DNA from: Octopus bimaculoides
Lineage: Eukaryota
Reading direction: 5' to 3'
DNA length: 64,000 nucleotides
Assembly (NCBI RefSeq): GCF_001194135.2
Contig: NC_068985.1
Location: 40,316,646-40,380,645, forward strand
The position numbers and the translations under genes are program-made. The notes under the pieces were generated by a model. It was not told the origin of the DNA. It made no database searches and was given only the letters and a program-made list of their open reading frames with translations. Positions 1 to 12,775 of the stretch are shown here, piece after piece. Position 1 is the first letter of the stretch. The number at the start of each line of letters is the position of its first letter.

Positions 1-616
1 GTCCAACATGCTAATAACTGTGCCAGCCCACTGCCTCCTCCTCCTCTACCACCCGCACAACAAGAACAGCATCAAACAATAATTTAGGACTAGAATGTGG
101 TCAATTATATTGCTATCAATATTTGAATGATAGCTATTAGCAACCCTAGATTGATGACATGCAAAAATTTCCTAAAGAAAGGCAAATATTGTAGAACAAG
201 ATGTAAGTATGCCAATNNNNNNNNNNTAAGTGCTGTATACCAACTAGTTTTGCCCCTGTCGTTGTAGCAACATGAAAGGGCAATATAACACAGGTCATGT
301 ATTAGCATGTGTATGTATAAAGAAAGAAAAGGATAAAAAGACCGATGACTGCATTTAAACTCAGAACATAAAATGTCAGTAGAACGATCACTTAGCATTT
401 TGTCCAACATGCTAATAACTGTGCCAGCCCACTGCCTCCTCCTCCTCTACCACCCACACAACAAGAACAGCAAAAACAATAATTTAGGACTAGAATGTGG
501 TCAATTATATTGCTATCAATATTTGAATGATAGCTATTAGCAACCCTAGATTGATGACATGCAAAAATTTCCTAAAGAAAGGCAAATATTGTAGAACAAG
601 ATGTAAGTATGCCAAT
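1..616. repeat. Near-identical direct duplication (1-216 vs 402-616) flanking a 10-N gap
   Basis: gtccaacatgctaataactg...gtatgccaat occurs at 1 and 402; the copies differ at a few positions (cacccgcac/cacccacac, gcatcaaac/gcaaaaac); N-gap at 217-226. Confidence 0.95.
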
Positions 617-1981
617 GCAGTTTTCATCACTAACTGAAGCTATTTCCTTATGCACTTGGTAAAAGCCTAAACATTACAACAAACCTATCCCTTTTCTGTA
701 AAAATATAATGCTTAATGACTAATCAATACTTCTTACACTAAGCCACCAAATTGTGTGATTGTTGTGGCCATCTAGTTTATGTGAAGAAGTCTTAAGTGG
801 TTTGGGTAGAATGTGTTTCAATTCATCTAGCAATCAGACATATGTTAAGTTACCTGTAATTGAATAACACCCAATCCAGAGAAAATTGCTGAATCACTTA
901 CACATTAATTCAATGAGCAGGCTTGTTCAGTTGATCAAAGAACTGAATTCTCATCACTGAAACTGATGGAGATCCAGCCATAGTTTTGCTCACTGGCAAC
1001 AACAAACAGAAAATTAACATGGTTTAATCTCAAACCAATCACCCCAATCTGTTTATAGTACATTAGATCTGGACATCTTCCTCAACCACAAGAGATTCCC
1101 ACCTCCTTCTACAAATGTTATCAAAAGCCCAAAGGATCAATGTAACTAGTACTTAATTTGCCCATTGAATTGATGAGTAAGTAGTTGAACATTCCACAGA
1201 CATGTATAGCCCTCTGATTCCTGGGCAGAATTAGCATGATATAGTGTGTGTTAAAGCTGTTCTTTGGAAGTACAGGCACAAGCCATCAGATGGGCTTCTA
1301 TACAATTTCTCTTCACCCAATTTCATTCACCAGGTATAGGTCAATCCAATACTATAGAAAATGATATTTATCCAAGATGCCAGGCAGTGGGATTGAAACC
1401 AGAAGATTGTGGTTATGAAGCAAACTTAAAATATTTGGCTATATTACACCTACTGAAGCAATGTGCAGTAAAGTGTTCAGCCAGAAACACAACGAAATGA
1501 GTATGGTAAATTTGAACTCATGAATAGGCAGTTCAAAACGTTAAACACTCAAATTAATTTAAATAAATGTGAAATGGCTAGAGTGAGTTAATATTGCACT
1601 TTGGCTAAAGAATTCAACATTTATGTGACAAGGACTTGTAGTTCATTATCAAGTCCTTGCAAACTATCAAAACTGAAGCATTTTAAATTCATGTCTTCAC
1701 AATGATAACTATTGTAGGATAAAAGTTTGTCAACAGCTAGGACAATGATTTATTTTCATGAATATTAAGAATGGCTCCATTAGAGAATATAGAATTGAAC
1801 AAAACTTTAAAAATATATGTTAAAAGGCACCCATGGAACAATATTAGAAGGATAAATAAATAAAAACAAATGAAAGAACAAAAGCAAGAGACACTACTTC
1901 CAAATAGTTAGAATTTAGAATATGAAAGATTGATTAGTACCAGCTTTTTGAAAATATACCAAAATGTTACTTTGTGGCTGC

Positions 1982-2026
<45 letters not shown>

Positions 2027-2029
2027 GGG

Positions 2030-2190
2030 GGCATAGCTGTGTAGTTAAGAAATTCACTTCACAATCAGTTAGTTTTGGTTTTGCTCCCAGTATGTGGTGC
2101 TTTGGCCAAGTGACTTTTACTATAACCTTGGGTTGACCAATACCCAATAATTAAAGCAAGAACTTTATGGAAGCCCACTGTATACATGCA
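2030..2190 (+). mobile_element. Degenerate tRNA-derived SINE
   Basis: Matches better-preserved in-window copies (51270, 40510, 55775): tRNA-like head, ttggccaagtgacttttactataaccttgg body, (TG)n tail. Confidence 0.6.
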
Positions 2191-3101
2191 TGTGTGTGTG
2201 TGTGTGTCCGTGTGCGTGTTTGTTTGTCTCAGTATGTTTTTGCACTGACTCCACATGGACAGTAGTGATGTTTGTTTATGTCCTGCAGTTTGATGGTACT
2301 TTATTCCATTGGACTTCAAAGTGTGTGAAAACAAGTGGAATAGAGTACCTTAATAATAAACAATTGAGGGTTGATGTCAGGAAAAACGTCCATCCGCAGA
2401 ATACTGCCATCTCACACCCACATGAAAATGTGGATGAAAATCAATCATGTTGATGATGACATACAAAATACATATAAATATGTATCCATACAGAGAACTG
2501 ATGCATAAACATCAAAAAATAAATAAGATAATTAAACTCCAACACATTACTACATTGCAATAAATCCAAGTGGGATCAATTTGCATGTACATACATATCT
2601 GGTTAAAACAATCTTTAAGAGCAATATATTTAAAATAAAAGCAGAAAAACATAAATTTGACACAAAGTTCATCATTTAATTGTACCCGACAGCTGTTTGT
2701 TTAAGATAAACATCATTAATTGTATCATTAGACCCAATTGGCCAGTTTCTACCATCATACTCTTGCTCCTTCCACTCACCCTTCATAGGACTTCTGCTGT
2801 CTATCACTCTCTCTCAAGCACCTCCCTCGGTCATGTTGCTTTGAGTGAGTATACACATCTCAAAGTATACACATCTTTGCTCATTGTAGATGCAAGGCAC
2901 CTTCTCTTATCCATGATAAATGCATCCAGTACACTCTGAAAATTGGTTGGTGACAGGAAGGACATCACACTGTAGAAACCATGCTAAAATTAAATGTATA
3001 ATCCTCCAAATGTCAGTGGCTCCCAACAAGAACTGACTGAGACAGGGCCAATGCATCCAACCAATTCTAGCTTGGAAATGAACCATAAAATGATGATGTT
3101 G

Positions 3102-3149
<48 letters not shown>

Positions 3150-3444
3150 TCCCAGTATGGGACTAGGATGACCATAGTTCAAATGAGTACTCAAAATACA
3201 TATTGGGTGGAGTGGATATGTTTATGAATAACAAAAAGCCTTACAGAAAGCTTATTCCTTTCACTGATAAGTTAAATATTGTCTATGTGTGTTGGTTTAT
3301 AAGGGACAGATGAGAGAAGGATACTCCTTATGTGCTGCAGAGGATATGGTTATTTTTATTGAAACTGAGTTTGTCTCGCAACTCAAATTTCATTGCCCCA
3401 AAACTAGAAACCATTAATTAATATCCAATCATAAAGGAGAGCCA

Positions 3445-3645
3445 GCAGAATTGTTAGCGTGGGGGGCAAAATTCTTAGTGACATTTTGTCTGTCTTTATG
3501 TTTTGAGCTCAAATTCCACCAAGGTTGACTTTGCTTTCATCCTTTCGGGGTTGATAAAATAAGTACCAGTTGAACACTGGAGCTGATGTAATCAACTTAC
3601 CCCTCCCCTAAAATTGCTGGCCTAGTGCCAAAATTTGAAACCAAT
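3445..3645 (+). mobile_element. Nin/Deu-domain SINE
   Basis: gagctcaaattcc B-box-like motif, then ttcatcctttcggggttgataaaataagtaccag, the conserved Nin/Deu-type core. Confidence 0.8.
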
Positions 3646-3989
3646 ATCCTATCATAATGTTGTAAGAGTTTAACATACGTAGTTGTATGTTATAAACATT
3701 ATCTGATGTAAAAGTTGATGTAAAATGCAAAATAGAATCATATTTTTACATCATGAAAAAACTGTTACTTAGAAGTTTCACTATTTAGCTCCTCTGACTA
3801 TGGAGTCAAAGTCAATGTCTCTTTCTTATATATTTCTATCAGAATGTCAAGATTTAATCAGAATTTGGTGTGAACAAAATTTCTGGCTGTTGGCATTGGT
3901 GTTAGTAGTGTTCAAGAGCTATGTTATAAAGATGTGAAATGTATGAAAATGTGCATCTGCAAGCTTTTGTGCTTTTTGTCAGTATAGCT

Positions 3990-4625
3990 TGAACATGTAT
4001 GTGTTTGGGTGCGTAAAAGTGGTTGATAGCTTCCTTTATCTTGATGACCTAAATGGAAGTGAAGGTAGGTGCACCAAAAGCATAGTAGCCAGAGTAAGGA
4101 TGGAGTAGAGAAAGTTCGGAGAGCTGTTGCTTCAACTAAGGACAAAGAGTTTCTTTCTCATAGTGAAGAGGAAACTGTATGATGCTAGTGTATGAAATGT
4201 AGTGTTGCATAGTAACTAAACATGGCCCTTGACCTCAGATGCAAATGATTTGTGAAGACTAGAAAGAAATCAAGTGAACATGCTCCACTAGATGTGTAAT
4301 GTTAAATGAGCATGATAGATGGAACACAAATGAACTAAGAGAAAAACTAGACATAAGAAGACTTAAATGTAGTGTGCAAGAGAGAAGACCATGCTGGTAC
4401 AGGCTTGTTATACTTTTGGAAGACAACAGCTGTACAAAATGTGCTGAGCACTAAAATTGGAGGTCAAAGGGGAGAAGGAAACCTAAGAAGACATGGGACA
4501 GAATGGTGAAGATGCATCGTGTTCTTTCTCATGAAAGAATTGACAAAGGACTCTGATCATTGATGATATGCAGTGCTGAAAAAGAGCCACCTCCTCATGC
4601 AAGTATGGTTAAGAGGACACTAAAT
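3990..4625 (+). mobile_element. RTE-clade LINE, 3' ORF fragment (decayed)
   Basis: Frameshifted translation VDSFLYLDDL...SIVARVRM...KFGELL...KLYDASV..VVLHS..TWPLT...RLERNQ..ML.MCNV and GQRG.RKPKKTW resembles the RTE RT C-terminus. Confidence 0.85.
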
Positions 4626-5284
4626 GGAGGTAGCTATGGTGGCTAAGATGCCCTCTACCCACACTACAACACTCTCCTTCATCTCTTTCACTTAACTTAT
4701 TTCCACTGCTTCTCCAAATCTTCAACATCTTCTCATCTCTCTATCAATCACCCACTTTCCATAACTCTCAATTTCTTCAACACCCTCTCATCTCACTATC
4801 ATTCACCATATCCTCACTCACTCCCTCATGCTCACCACATGTTCATGTAACCAAGGATAGTACTGGATTTCTGCCCATTCAACTTCTCCAACCATCCTGA
4901 TCACTACCCTCCCCTCATTACAATGCCTGTGAAAATAGAGATCTTTCTCCTAACTGACTCTTTTGTGAGCCATTACTTACTTTCCTCCAGATTACTTATG
5001 ACTGACATATATCACTTTTCTCTCACCACCACCCTCCTCTACAACTATCAATCAATCATTCATGCTCTTACTACCAAACAGGAAATTGTCATCACACCTC
5101 ATCTCACACTCACTAATGCCTAGCATTATTGTCTCTCTTCTATCACTCCCATCCTACCACTGTATCATCTATCTAACACTCCCTCTGCCATCACCCTCTC
5201 ACCACATTTACACTTTTCCTCCCATCATACTTTGACTTCTCTCACCTTATCTCAACTTCTATTTTTCCCTCTTAGAGTAGCAGA

Positions 5285-5530
5285 GACTCTTTAGTCTTGT
5301 GAGATACAAAGTGACCTCACTAGTGCCGGCACCATGATAAAATGCACTTAATGCACTCAGTATATTGTATTAGGGTTGGCAAATCAGAGACAACCAATGA
5401 TTGTAAGACTCTTTAGTCTTGCCAAAAGGCAAGACAACTTCTCTAGTGCTGGTGCCAAGATAAAATGTACCAGGTACACTCTGTAGTGGTTGGTGACAGT
5501 AAGAGAAACTAGCCATGAGACATGCAAGCA
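5285..5530 (+). mobile_element. RTE/SINE-like 3' fragment with internal ~122-bp tandem duplication
   Basis: agactctttagtcttg...ctagtgc.gg..ccaYgataaaatg occurs twice, about 122 bp apart. Confidence 0.55.
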
Positions 5531-5629
5531 AGACATGGTCTTTAAACCTGTCAAGAGAATTCTGAAGAAATAACAGAGACTATGACAACTTACATGGAAA
5601 TGAATTTTAAAAGGATGATGATGATTATG

Positions 5630-5661
<32 letters not shown>

Positions 5662-6002
5662 TTTTTTATATCATTTTAGTAAAGTAAGAATGAAAATGAC
5701 AGAAAACTAGAAAATTTGGGTCATCAAAGACCAATAATTTTCAAAAATATACTTAAAAATATAAACATAAAATTCATATATTATTTAAATTTCTTTGTGA
5801 GAAAGTTTTTACATACTTACAAAAATTGTAGAAAAATATAAATTTGCCAAAGAAAGAAAACAAATGAAGGAAAACGTAATGAGGAAAAGAAAAAAATCAG
5901 TTGTGTGAAAATATAATTTCCAAAAGACATTATATGGTAGAAATCATAAGTTTGTAGAAATGTGGAAAGAAGAGTTCGAAGAAAAAAATAGAATAAGTTT
6001 AC

Positions 6003-6152
6003 CATTGTTTGTTATAGTGTAACACTTGTTGGTATAACTGCATGAGTTAGATGAAAGCAGAGGAATTTGAATGGAAGATTGGTAACGAGGGCTCTGTGGA
6101 GCCGGTGATGAAGGAGGTGACCATGCAGGTGATGGTGAACACATTGGCGAGA
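6003..6152 (-). CDS. Internal coding exon (150 nt, phase 1-1), Ser/Pro-rich: (V)SPMCSPSPAWSPPSSPAPQSPRYQSSIQIPLLSSNSCSYTNKCYTITNN(G)
   Basis: Acceptor ttttctttctgttatttatttgcaatctag|, donor AATG|gtaaac, length a multiple of 3, frame open end to end, GC well above the flanks. Product not recognised. Confidence 0.6.
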
Positions 6153-6832
6153 CTAGATTGCAAATAAATAACAGAAAGAAAAAATAAAGCAACAAGCATG
6201 AATTTTTTTGTACTTTTTTCTATTTATACATGCTTAATGCATTAATTAAATACTTATTGAAAAGAATGCTCAAACAAATATAAAAGATCAATAACAACTA
6301 ACAAGCTAAAGGTTAGCAAAATAATATCAATTAGAAGATACTACAAATTATTGCCATTAAAATTGTCTATTGCTATGGTTGTTGTTATTTTTTAAATAGA
6401 TAAAAGAAAGCCAAATAAAGTTTATAATCTGATGATGAAACCAATTTACAACAAAACTTCTGACAATTTTTGATGATTATTTTCAATTATTTATTTTTTC
6501 CCCTCAAAGTTTAGTGAAAATGCTTGTTCCAATACATTGATATTCATTTGCTAACAGAAAAACATTGAAGTGAAGAGCTAAAAAAAACAAAAATAACAGA
6601 AGATAACAAAAAAGGAAAAAGTATGATGGTCTAAGGGTTTTTAACTTACAAGAATAAATGTTAACACTGTTAAATAAATCTGAATTTTATATAATAACAA
6701 TTTTAGGATAAAACATGTTAGATTTTCAATATGTAACAGTTAATATTTCAATACTTTTTAAAAATAAATGTTTATATATTCTAATAAAATGTGGACAACA
6801 TTCCATTTAATTTATTCTTTAACTTTCCTAAG

Positions 6833-6895
6833 GTCTGTCTCTTGCACCTCACCCTCGTGCAATTTAGTTACCATCTTCTCTCCTTCTCTCTCCAG
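6833..6895 (+). CDS. Possible 63-nt exon (weak)
   Basis: Acceptor ttattctttaactttcctaag|, donor CCAG|gtaata, two open frames; overlaps a minus-strand ORF, so ambiguous. Confidence 0.2.
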
Positions 6896-7520
6896 GTAAT
6901 ATTGTGCAATCTCATTCATCACTGAAGCATGTCTGGACATATTTATTTTACAAAATGCATGCCAGTTACAGAGAAAATCATAATTTATGAAGTTTGTTTT
7001 AGTAACTGGTTGTTCATGAAGATGTCCAAACATTCAACATCTGAAGAGGGATAAATGATTGCAGAAGACCTACGAAAAACTGAAGAATAAATCTACTGGA
7101 ATTTCATTGGATGAATAGATGCAAACATTGAAACAAAATAGGAGTAAATACATGGAAACATGTTTCAAAAAACTACATCCCATATGAATAGACTGAAATT
7201 TATAAATTAATTTTATACCTTTTTTTTTAACTAAATCTTTTTTAAATATAGCACAACCCAATGCTGGAACCAGTAATTGAACATATTTTCAAGGATAAAT
7301 TGGTTCAAATCATTAAACTAGATTTAGAAAATATCTTGTGTAAATTAAAATATATTTTGTATATCAATAATAAACAATACAGAGAAATAAAACCTTATGT
7401 AGTCAATATTGAAAAGAAATTGTCTTTTTAGTTTCTATTAAAACAGTTATGGTTATATAACTGTTAGAATACAATTACTGATGATATACACAAGAGAGTT
7501 GTTTATTCATTAACAGATTA

Positions 7521-9251
7521 CACTGAGGAAAATGTTTTTTGTTGTCCAGTGTTAGAGATGTTTCCAAGTAATTTTGGGGGTGCTGATTTCAAAAATTGAA
7601 TCCATTTTGCTCTATCATGTCAAGATTTTTCACAAACTCAAATGTCCATTTTTCAACATTTCCAGTATTGTCACCATTTCTAAGGATAGATTTGGCTTCA
7701 TTTAATGCAGACCCAGGTGTGAAGCTTGACATTACAGTTTTTCAATATCATTTAAAGTAAATGCAGCTACAAAAATGAAAATAAAAGTTATGACTTAGGT
7801 ATCTTCAGTAAATAAAAAGCATCAAACTTGATCAATTTTCGCTATTTTCAATCTAACCAATTTTAAATGTAATAATGATGACAGAAATGTATTTTATGCA
7901 ATCAGGTGTTAATAAACAACACATTTCTGTGGTCCTTGACAGCATACATGTCTCATGTTTATGAATTTGTCTACAGATATGCCCCTCACTGTGATTTAGT
8001 GTGACTATCATTACAAACCATGTGAGACATGTTCTTTTGGACCTTTAACTATTTCTTATGGAAATTTGTATTTTGAATGCACCCTTAATGTTTTAATTAT
8101 GAGGTCATATGGGTCAAAGGCACTTTTTTATCAGGCATGGTCAAAGAACCATAGAAAGAATGTCATAGTATGTATAGTCTTTATGGAACTTTGCTATCAC
8201 AAATCTGCATTTACTTACTTTGTAACTGTTGACAATTCTGAGAACACTTTTCCCAGGTTACAACTGGCTTGAACATGTTTTGTATTTCAGAAATATGGCC
8301 AATTGTAAGAGAAGAAAATGCAAAAACAGCCCTACTGTCTTTTGCTTTATTTGTGGATGTTTCACTTTACCTAAGTAGCGAAACAAAGTCATATATTTTT
8401 ATGAAGAAAGCTTACCTTACTTACTTTGACATGAAACTGGGTAGTCAAAACAAAGCCTGAAAACCCCATATAATGTGTAAAATATGTGTTGAAACACTGA
8501 GACAGCTTTGTCTTGTGAGAAAATTAAGGTTTATGTGTCTGCCTGACCAGAGATTAGGTGGCTATTGCAGGACAATCATTTTTTGGAGACCATGTATGGC
8601 ATTGTAAAAGAAGCACAGAATGCTTTTGCAGCAGTTGTGTCTGATTTCCTGGGAAACATGAAATCATCAAACTATGAAGAACTTATGCAGACCCTGTTAA
8701 CCTGTTGCAACATGTGTGTAAAAGTGCATTTCCTGCACAGTCCTTTGAATTACTTCCCTGAAAATCATCATGCAATAAGTGATGAGCAAGGAGAAAAATT
8801 CCACCAAGACATTGAGACCATAGAGATTAGGTATGAAGGCAAGTGGAACACAAACATGATAGCTAACTACTGCTGGTCTCTGTAAAGAGACTGTAATGAT
8901 GCAAGTTATTCATGCATAGCAGCAAAGGGAAAGTTCACTTCTTGAGTAGCTGCAACTCCAATTTGACAAAAATTTCTATCCTAAAATGTGTAATTAAACA
9001 TTTTGTGTAATACATTTATTAAACAATAAGAAGTACTTTTTGGTTTGTGTTAGTTTATTTCAGTTTTGCATTTAATGGCAAAATTAACATTTTTGGTAAA
9101 AAAAAAAAAAATTCTTGTTAAAAAAAACAAAAAAACTTCACAAGATAGAAAATTTCTGGGGGCATTTCTGAACTTAGCACCATCAAATTAGGTGAGACTA
9201 ATTATAAAAAGCAAGACAACTAAAAAAAATTTTTGAAAATGTTTCTCAGTG
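7521..9251 (+). mobile_element. TIR DNA transposon, internally deleted (~1.73 kb)
   Basis: Termini TA|cactgagg... and ...ctcagtg|cta; imperfect inverted similarity extends ~100 bp inward (gttgtc, taattt..ggtgct...ttc, tctatc.tgt.aag); encloses transposase remnants. Confidence 0.75.
8295..8885 (+). pseudogene. Decayed transposase of the FCYICG / APH..C..C / KIHFLHSHLDFFP..DEQGERFHQDI family (tentatively Tc1/mariner-related, m44-like)
   Basis: N-terminal MANCKRRKCKNSPTVFCFICG and KKAYLTYFDMKLGSQNKA*KPHIMCKIC join almost directly to C-terminal FLGNMKSSNYEEL...KVHFLHSPLNYFPENHHAISDEQGEKFHQDIETIEIRYEGKWNTNMIANYCWSL; stops and frameshifts present. Superfamily label is from memory. Confidence 0.85.
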
Positions 9252-12200
9252 CTATAACAGAAGCAGCTGACCAGCCCTCTTATTTATGGGCAAACAACAC
9301 AATTGTGCTTATTCAGAGAATACATTGTATAAAAAAAAAAAAAGATGTGATAAAAGAAAACTGATAGTAGTTTTGAAATCAGCATGTCAATTTTAGCCTA
9401 AATCAAGTGAAAGGTAAACTCAACAGAAATTATGTTCAAAATTGTTCCCCTGTGCTATCCATTTTAAAAGTTTGTAACAGAGAATATGTCATGACACTTC
9501 TGTTTTGAAAACAAAAGGATGATAGATTTGTCAGGATTTAGTGGAGATGTGAAATGATATAGTGTCAGACGAAGCGTTTTTTGACCTTCATCATTTTGAA
9601 TTCAAATAATAGATATATCCATAAAGATGTCGACTATCTTCTTTGATCACAAAAATAGAGGGCTGGCAGATCAGTTTAAAAGTATTAGCTTAGTTTGATT
9701 TTTCTTTTCTTCTTAAATTCAAAACAAAATTCAGTCATTGTAAGACTTAGTGATGAAAATGAGATTGTCATAAATGGCAGAATCATCTTTGATAATTTTA
9801 AATACATTATCTTGGATGATGCCAAAAAAAGAAGTTAATAAATAAATCAAGAAGCACCAATTTCCCATTAGTTTAGTATGTAAAAGATATGTATTATAAA
9901 TTGCTTGGCATTTTTAATCAACTAAGCACTCCTGAGCATAGAATCCTAAGTAAATTAAATAAAGAATCTTATGTAAATTGATTGATCATTTAAAATTTTG
10001 AATTTAAAGTTTCAAAATCATATTGACATTTTAATTGATATTGTTGCAATTTATAAAAAGATAAGAAAAACCAACGAAAAATCTTAAATAAATGTTGGTT
10101 TTTCTCCTACATCAGTTTGTAATGATTAATTAGTTTTTTAGTGGCTTCACAGAACCTAATCCAGTTTCCAATATCCATTCTTATCATGTCATATAAACTA
10201 ATGATCTTTTGAATACAATATCTGATGTTCAAGCTCACTTCCTTACATTTCATATTTGTTTGAATTTTACTTAAAAACTCTTTTTCAAATTCCAAGTATC
10301 TATGTTTGGTTCAGGTTTTGCAATGCAGTGTGCTTTTGTTGTTCCTTAATCTTCCACACACAAACATCAACAGTCTATCTAAACACTTCACATCAGGTAG
10401 GATGAAAATCGCTAGAGGTAGAATCCTTTCTATAGGAAGGTAGTTCAATTTTAGCAATTGCATGTGAGTGTTTCGAGTGAAATTTATGTAGATGTGTGAT
10501 TTTTTTTATAGTAGTATATGATATTAGATGTGATATTGTTTAGGCAAAATCACCAAGCTTAACAGTATGACCATTAAAGAATTTATGATATTAGTGAGTG
10601 CTTGGAAAGTATTGGAATAGGAAATTCTTAGCTACATTAAATAGGATTGAACTAAGATACAATAGGTTACATGACAACTCTCATCCAACCTAATGTTATT
10701 ATAAGGTATCTAATAATTTAAAAAGAAGGTTTACCCAGCTTATGTACTCTTTCAACTCCAGAGACAAGAAATACAAATTCACTTCCCTATCCTATTTTAT
10801 CTGGAGATAATGGGACCATGGAATCAGTCCATCCTGTTAACCTAAAGCATTCTCAGCAAAGCACCCTCCTACTCACCTGGAACATGCAGCATTTGCTTTT
10901 GCTATGACAAGAAAGAAGTGATGCTCCCAATATTAGAATCACTAATCAAAACAAGAGGTACTTCAGTACACTGTCCACCAGTTGCTAGTAACAACCTTAT
11001 CATACAGCAGTCAGCATATCTAAACCAGCCATTGAAAATGAGACTCACTCATCATCCAATGACAATCAATTTTATCAAAAGACAATGAAGAAAGCCTTGT
11101 TACTCAAAAATGATCAGAAGTGTTTTTCCCACTTCTGTAATGCTACTGCAAATCAAACTGTTAACACACACACACACACACATTACAGGGGTTTTTTTTG
11201 ACAATAACTTCTTTGGACAATGAAACTAATAGTAGCCCAACCAACTAAATAATAAGCCACTGCTCATTGTAATGTATATTCTTCAAAAACGTTAAAGCAC
11301 TGGCATATATTTCATGACATAATATATCCTTGTGTGGTGGGTTCAAATCTTCTAATTAGTTCATATCAATTCAAAGTTTTAAACTATTTTAAACCTATAA
11401 CAAATCTTTCAGTTGCTTTAAAACACTACATGTCTTTAAGCCTTTAAAAGGCCACAGCAAAGAAGCAAGCTGTTTTATGGCCCAGCAGACCATAATATAT
11501 CCTGGTATTGATAAAACAACAGAAAGCAAAATGCATATGATATAATTAATGATCAAATACTTTGAGATGACAAATATTTTGCTAATGACTTGATTAATGT
11601 TTGTGTTCAGTGAAATTAGAATTTTTACCCCCAAAACATGAAATTTTTCTAATTGATAATGATTTTGGCTCAGGAGTGTATAATATTAATTAGTTGAACA
11701 AGTGCTCTATAAGATTTAGAAGTGAAATTAATTGCTTTAAATGAAATTCATATTATATATATTTAACATAATAAAGATAAATTGTTTAACTGAAAGCTGT
11801 GATTGAAATGAACCAATTTAACAGAAATTATTAGAAGTTACTCTAATTCATTAAAATTCAGAAAGCAAATATCCAATAGTATACATAAATTGACATTGTA
11901 TTTCTGAAAATGTTTACAGTTTTTCAACTCCATTTTTGTACCATTATTTCAAATGAGTACATGTATTTTGGAATTTGAATCGATTAAATATTTTTGAATA
12001 TTTGAATTACAACTACTGGATATTGTCTATGAAAGAGTACTTTTGTGATGGTGGAGTTATGTAAGAAAGGCTTTTATTTTTGTATCCTTGAATTTAACAT
12101 TAAATTTTTAAATATTAAATAAAAGCTTTTTAATCTTTTGCAATGATACATTTAAAACTCATATCTTCTTTAATGGAAAAGAACTTACATTTGGTACCAA

Positions 12201-12657
12201 AGAAGATATTTCTATAACATTTATAAACATTTCAAATAGATATACATTACAGACAGGAAAGATCCCATTTAACAAGAATCATTTTGTTTTAAGAATTGAT
12301 CCTTTAATATTTGTCAAGTATCAGTCACAAAAAGATAAAAGGTCGGTTTCATTTTAGTGTGACTGAAATAGACATTTAGTACCTAAACTCCTCTAATGAA
12401 GGGATACCAAAAGTAACAACCATTCATATATTGAAAAGCACATTCCTAAAATAATGCTGTTGTTACATAAAGAATTTGAATTATGAAAATACATCTTTTT
12501 ATTGTTAGCTTAGATGAATTCATTAGGACACTTCAGTAAAAGAAAGAAATTAGAAAGTATTCCTGGATCAATGACAAATATCATAATCTAACCTTTCCAT
12601 TTTCATATTTTTCTGTGTTTAGAAAACTTGTAATTATCAGTTTTGTTCAACCTTCAG

Positions 12658-12775
12658 TTTCAAGAGGAATTAAATTTTAAAAATCTTTATGAGCAAGAAA
12701 ACCTACATATACAACAATTCTTTAAAGACCTTGTTAGATCTTTCTTACTGCTGATTACAGAATTTTACTTTCCAA
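12658..12775 (+). CDS. Candidate exon (118 nt, phase 0-1): FQEELNFKNLYEQENLHIQQFFKDLVRSFLLLITEFYFP
   Basis: Acceptor ttttgttcaaccttcag|, donor CCAA|gtaagt, open frame with protein-like composition; no homology recognised. Confidence 0.3.

Noticed and set aside
105-410. 101-aa minus ORF
   Set aside because: Reads through an N-gap inside the probable false duplication.
10107-10299. Protein-like minus frame YLEFEKEFLSKIQTNMKCKEV...
   Set aside because: The acceptor lacks a pyrimidine tract, there is no good donor, and no homology is recognised; cannot be supported as an exon.
11395-11634. 79-aa minus ORF with an internal acceptor
   Set aside because: Ends in a stop with no supporting donor or poly(A) context; composition is typical of random AT-rich DNA.
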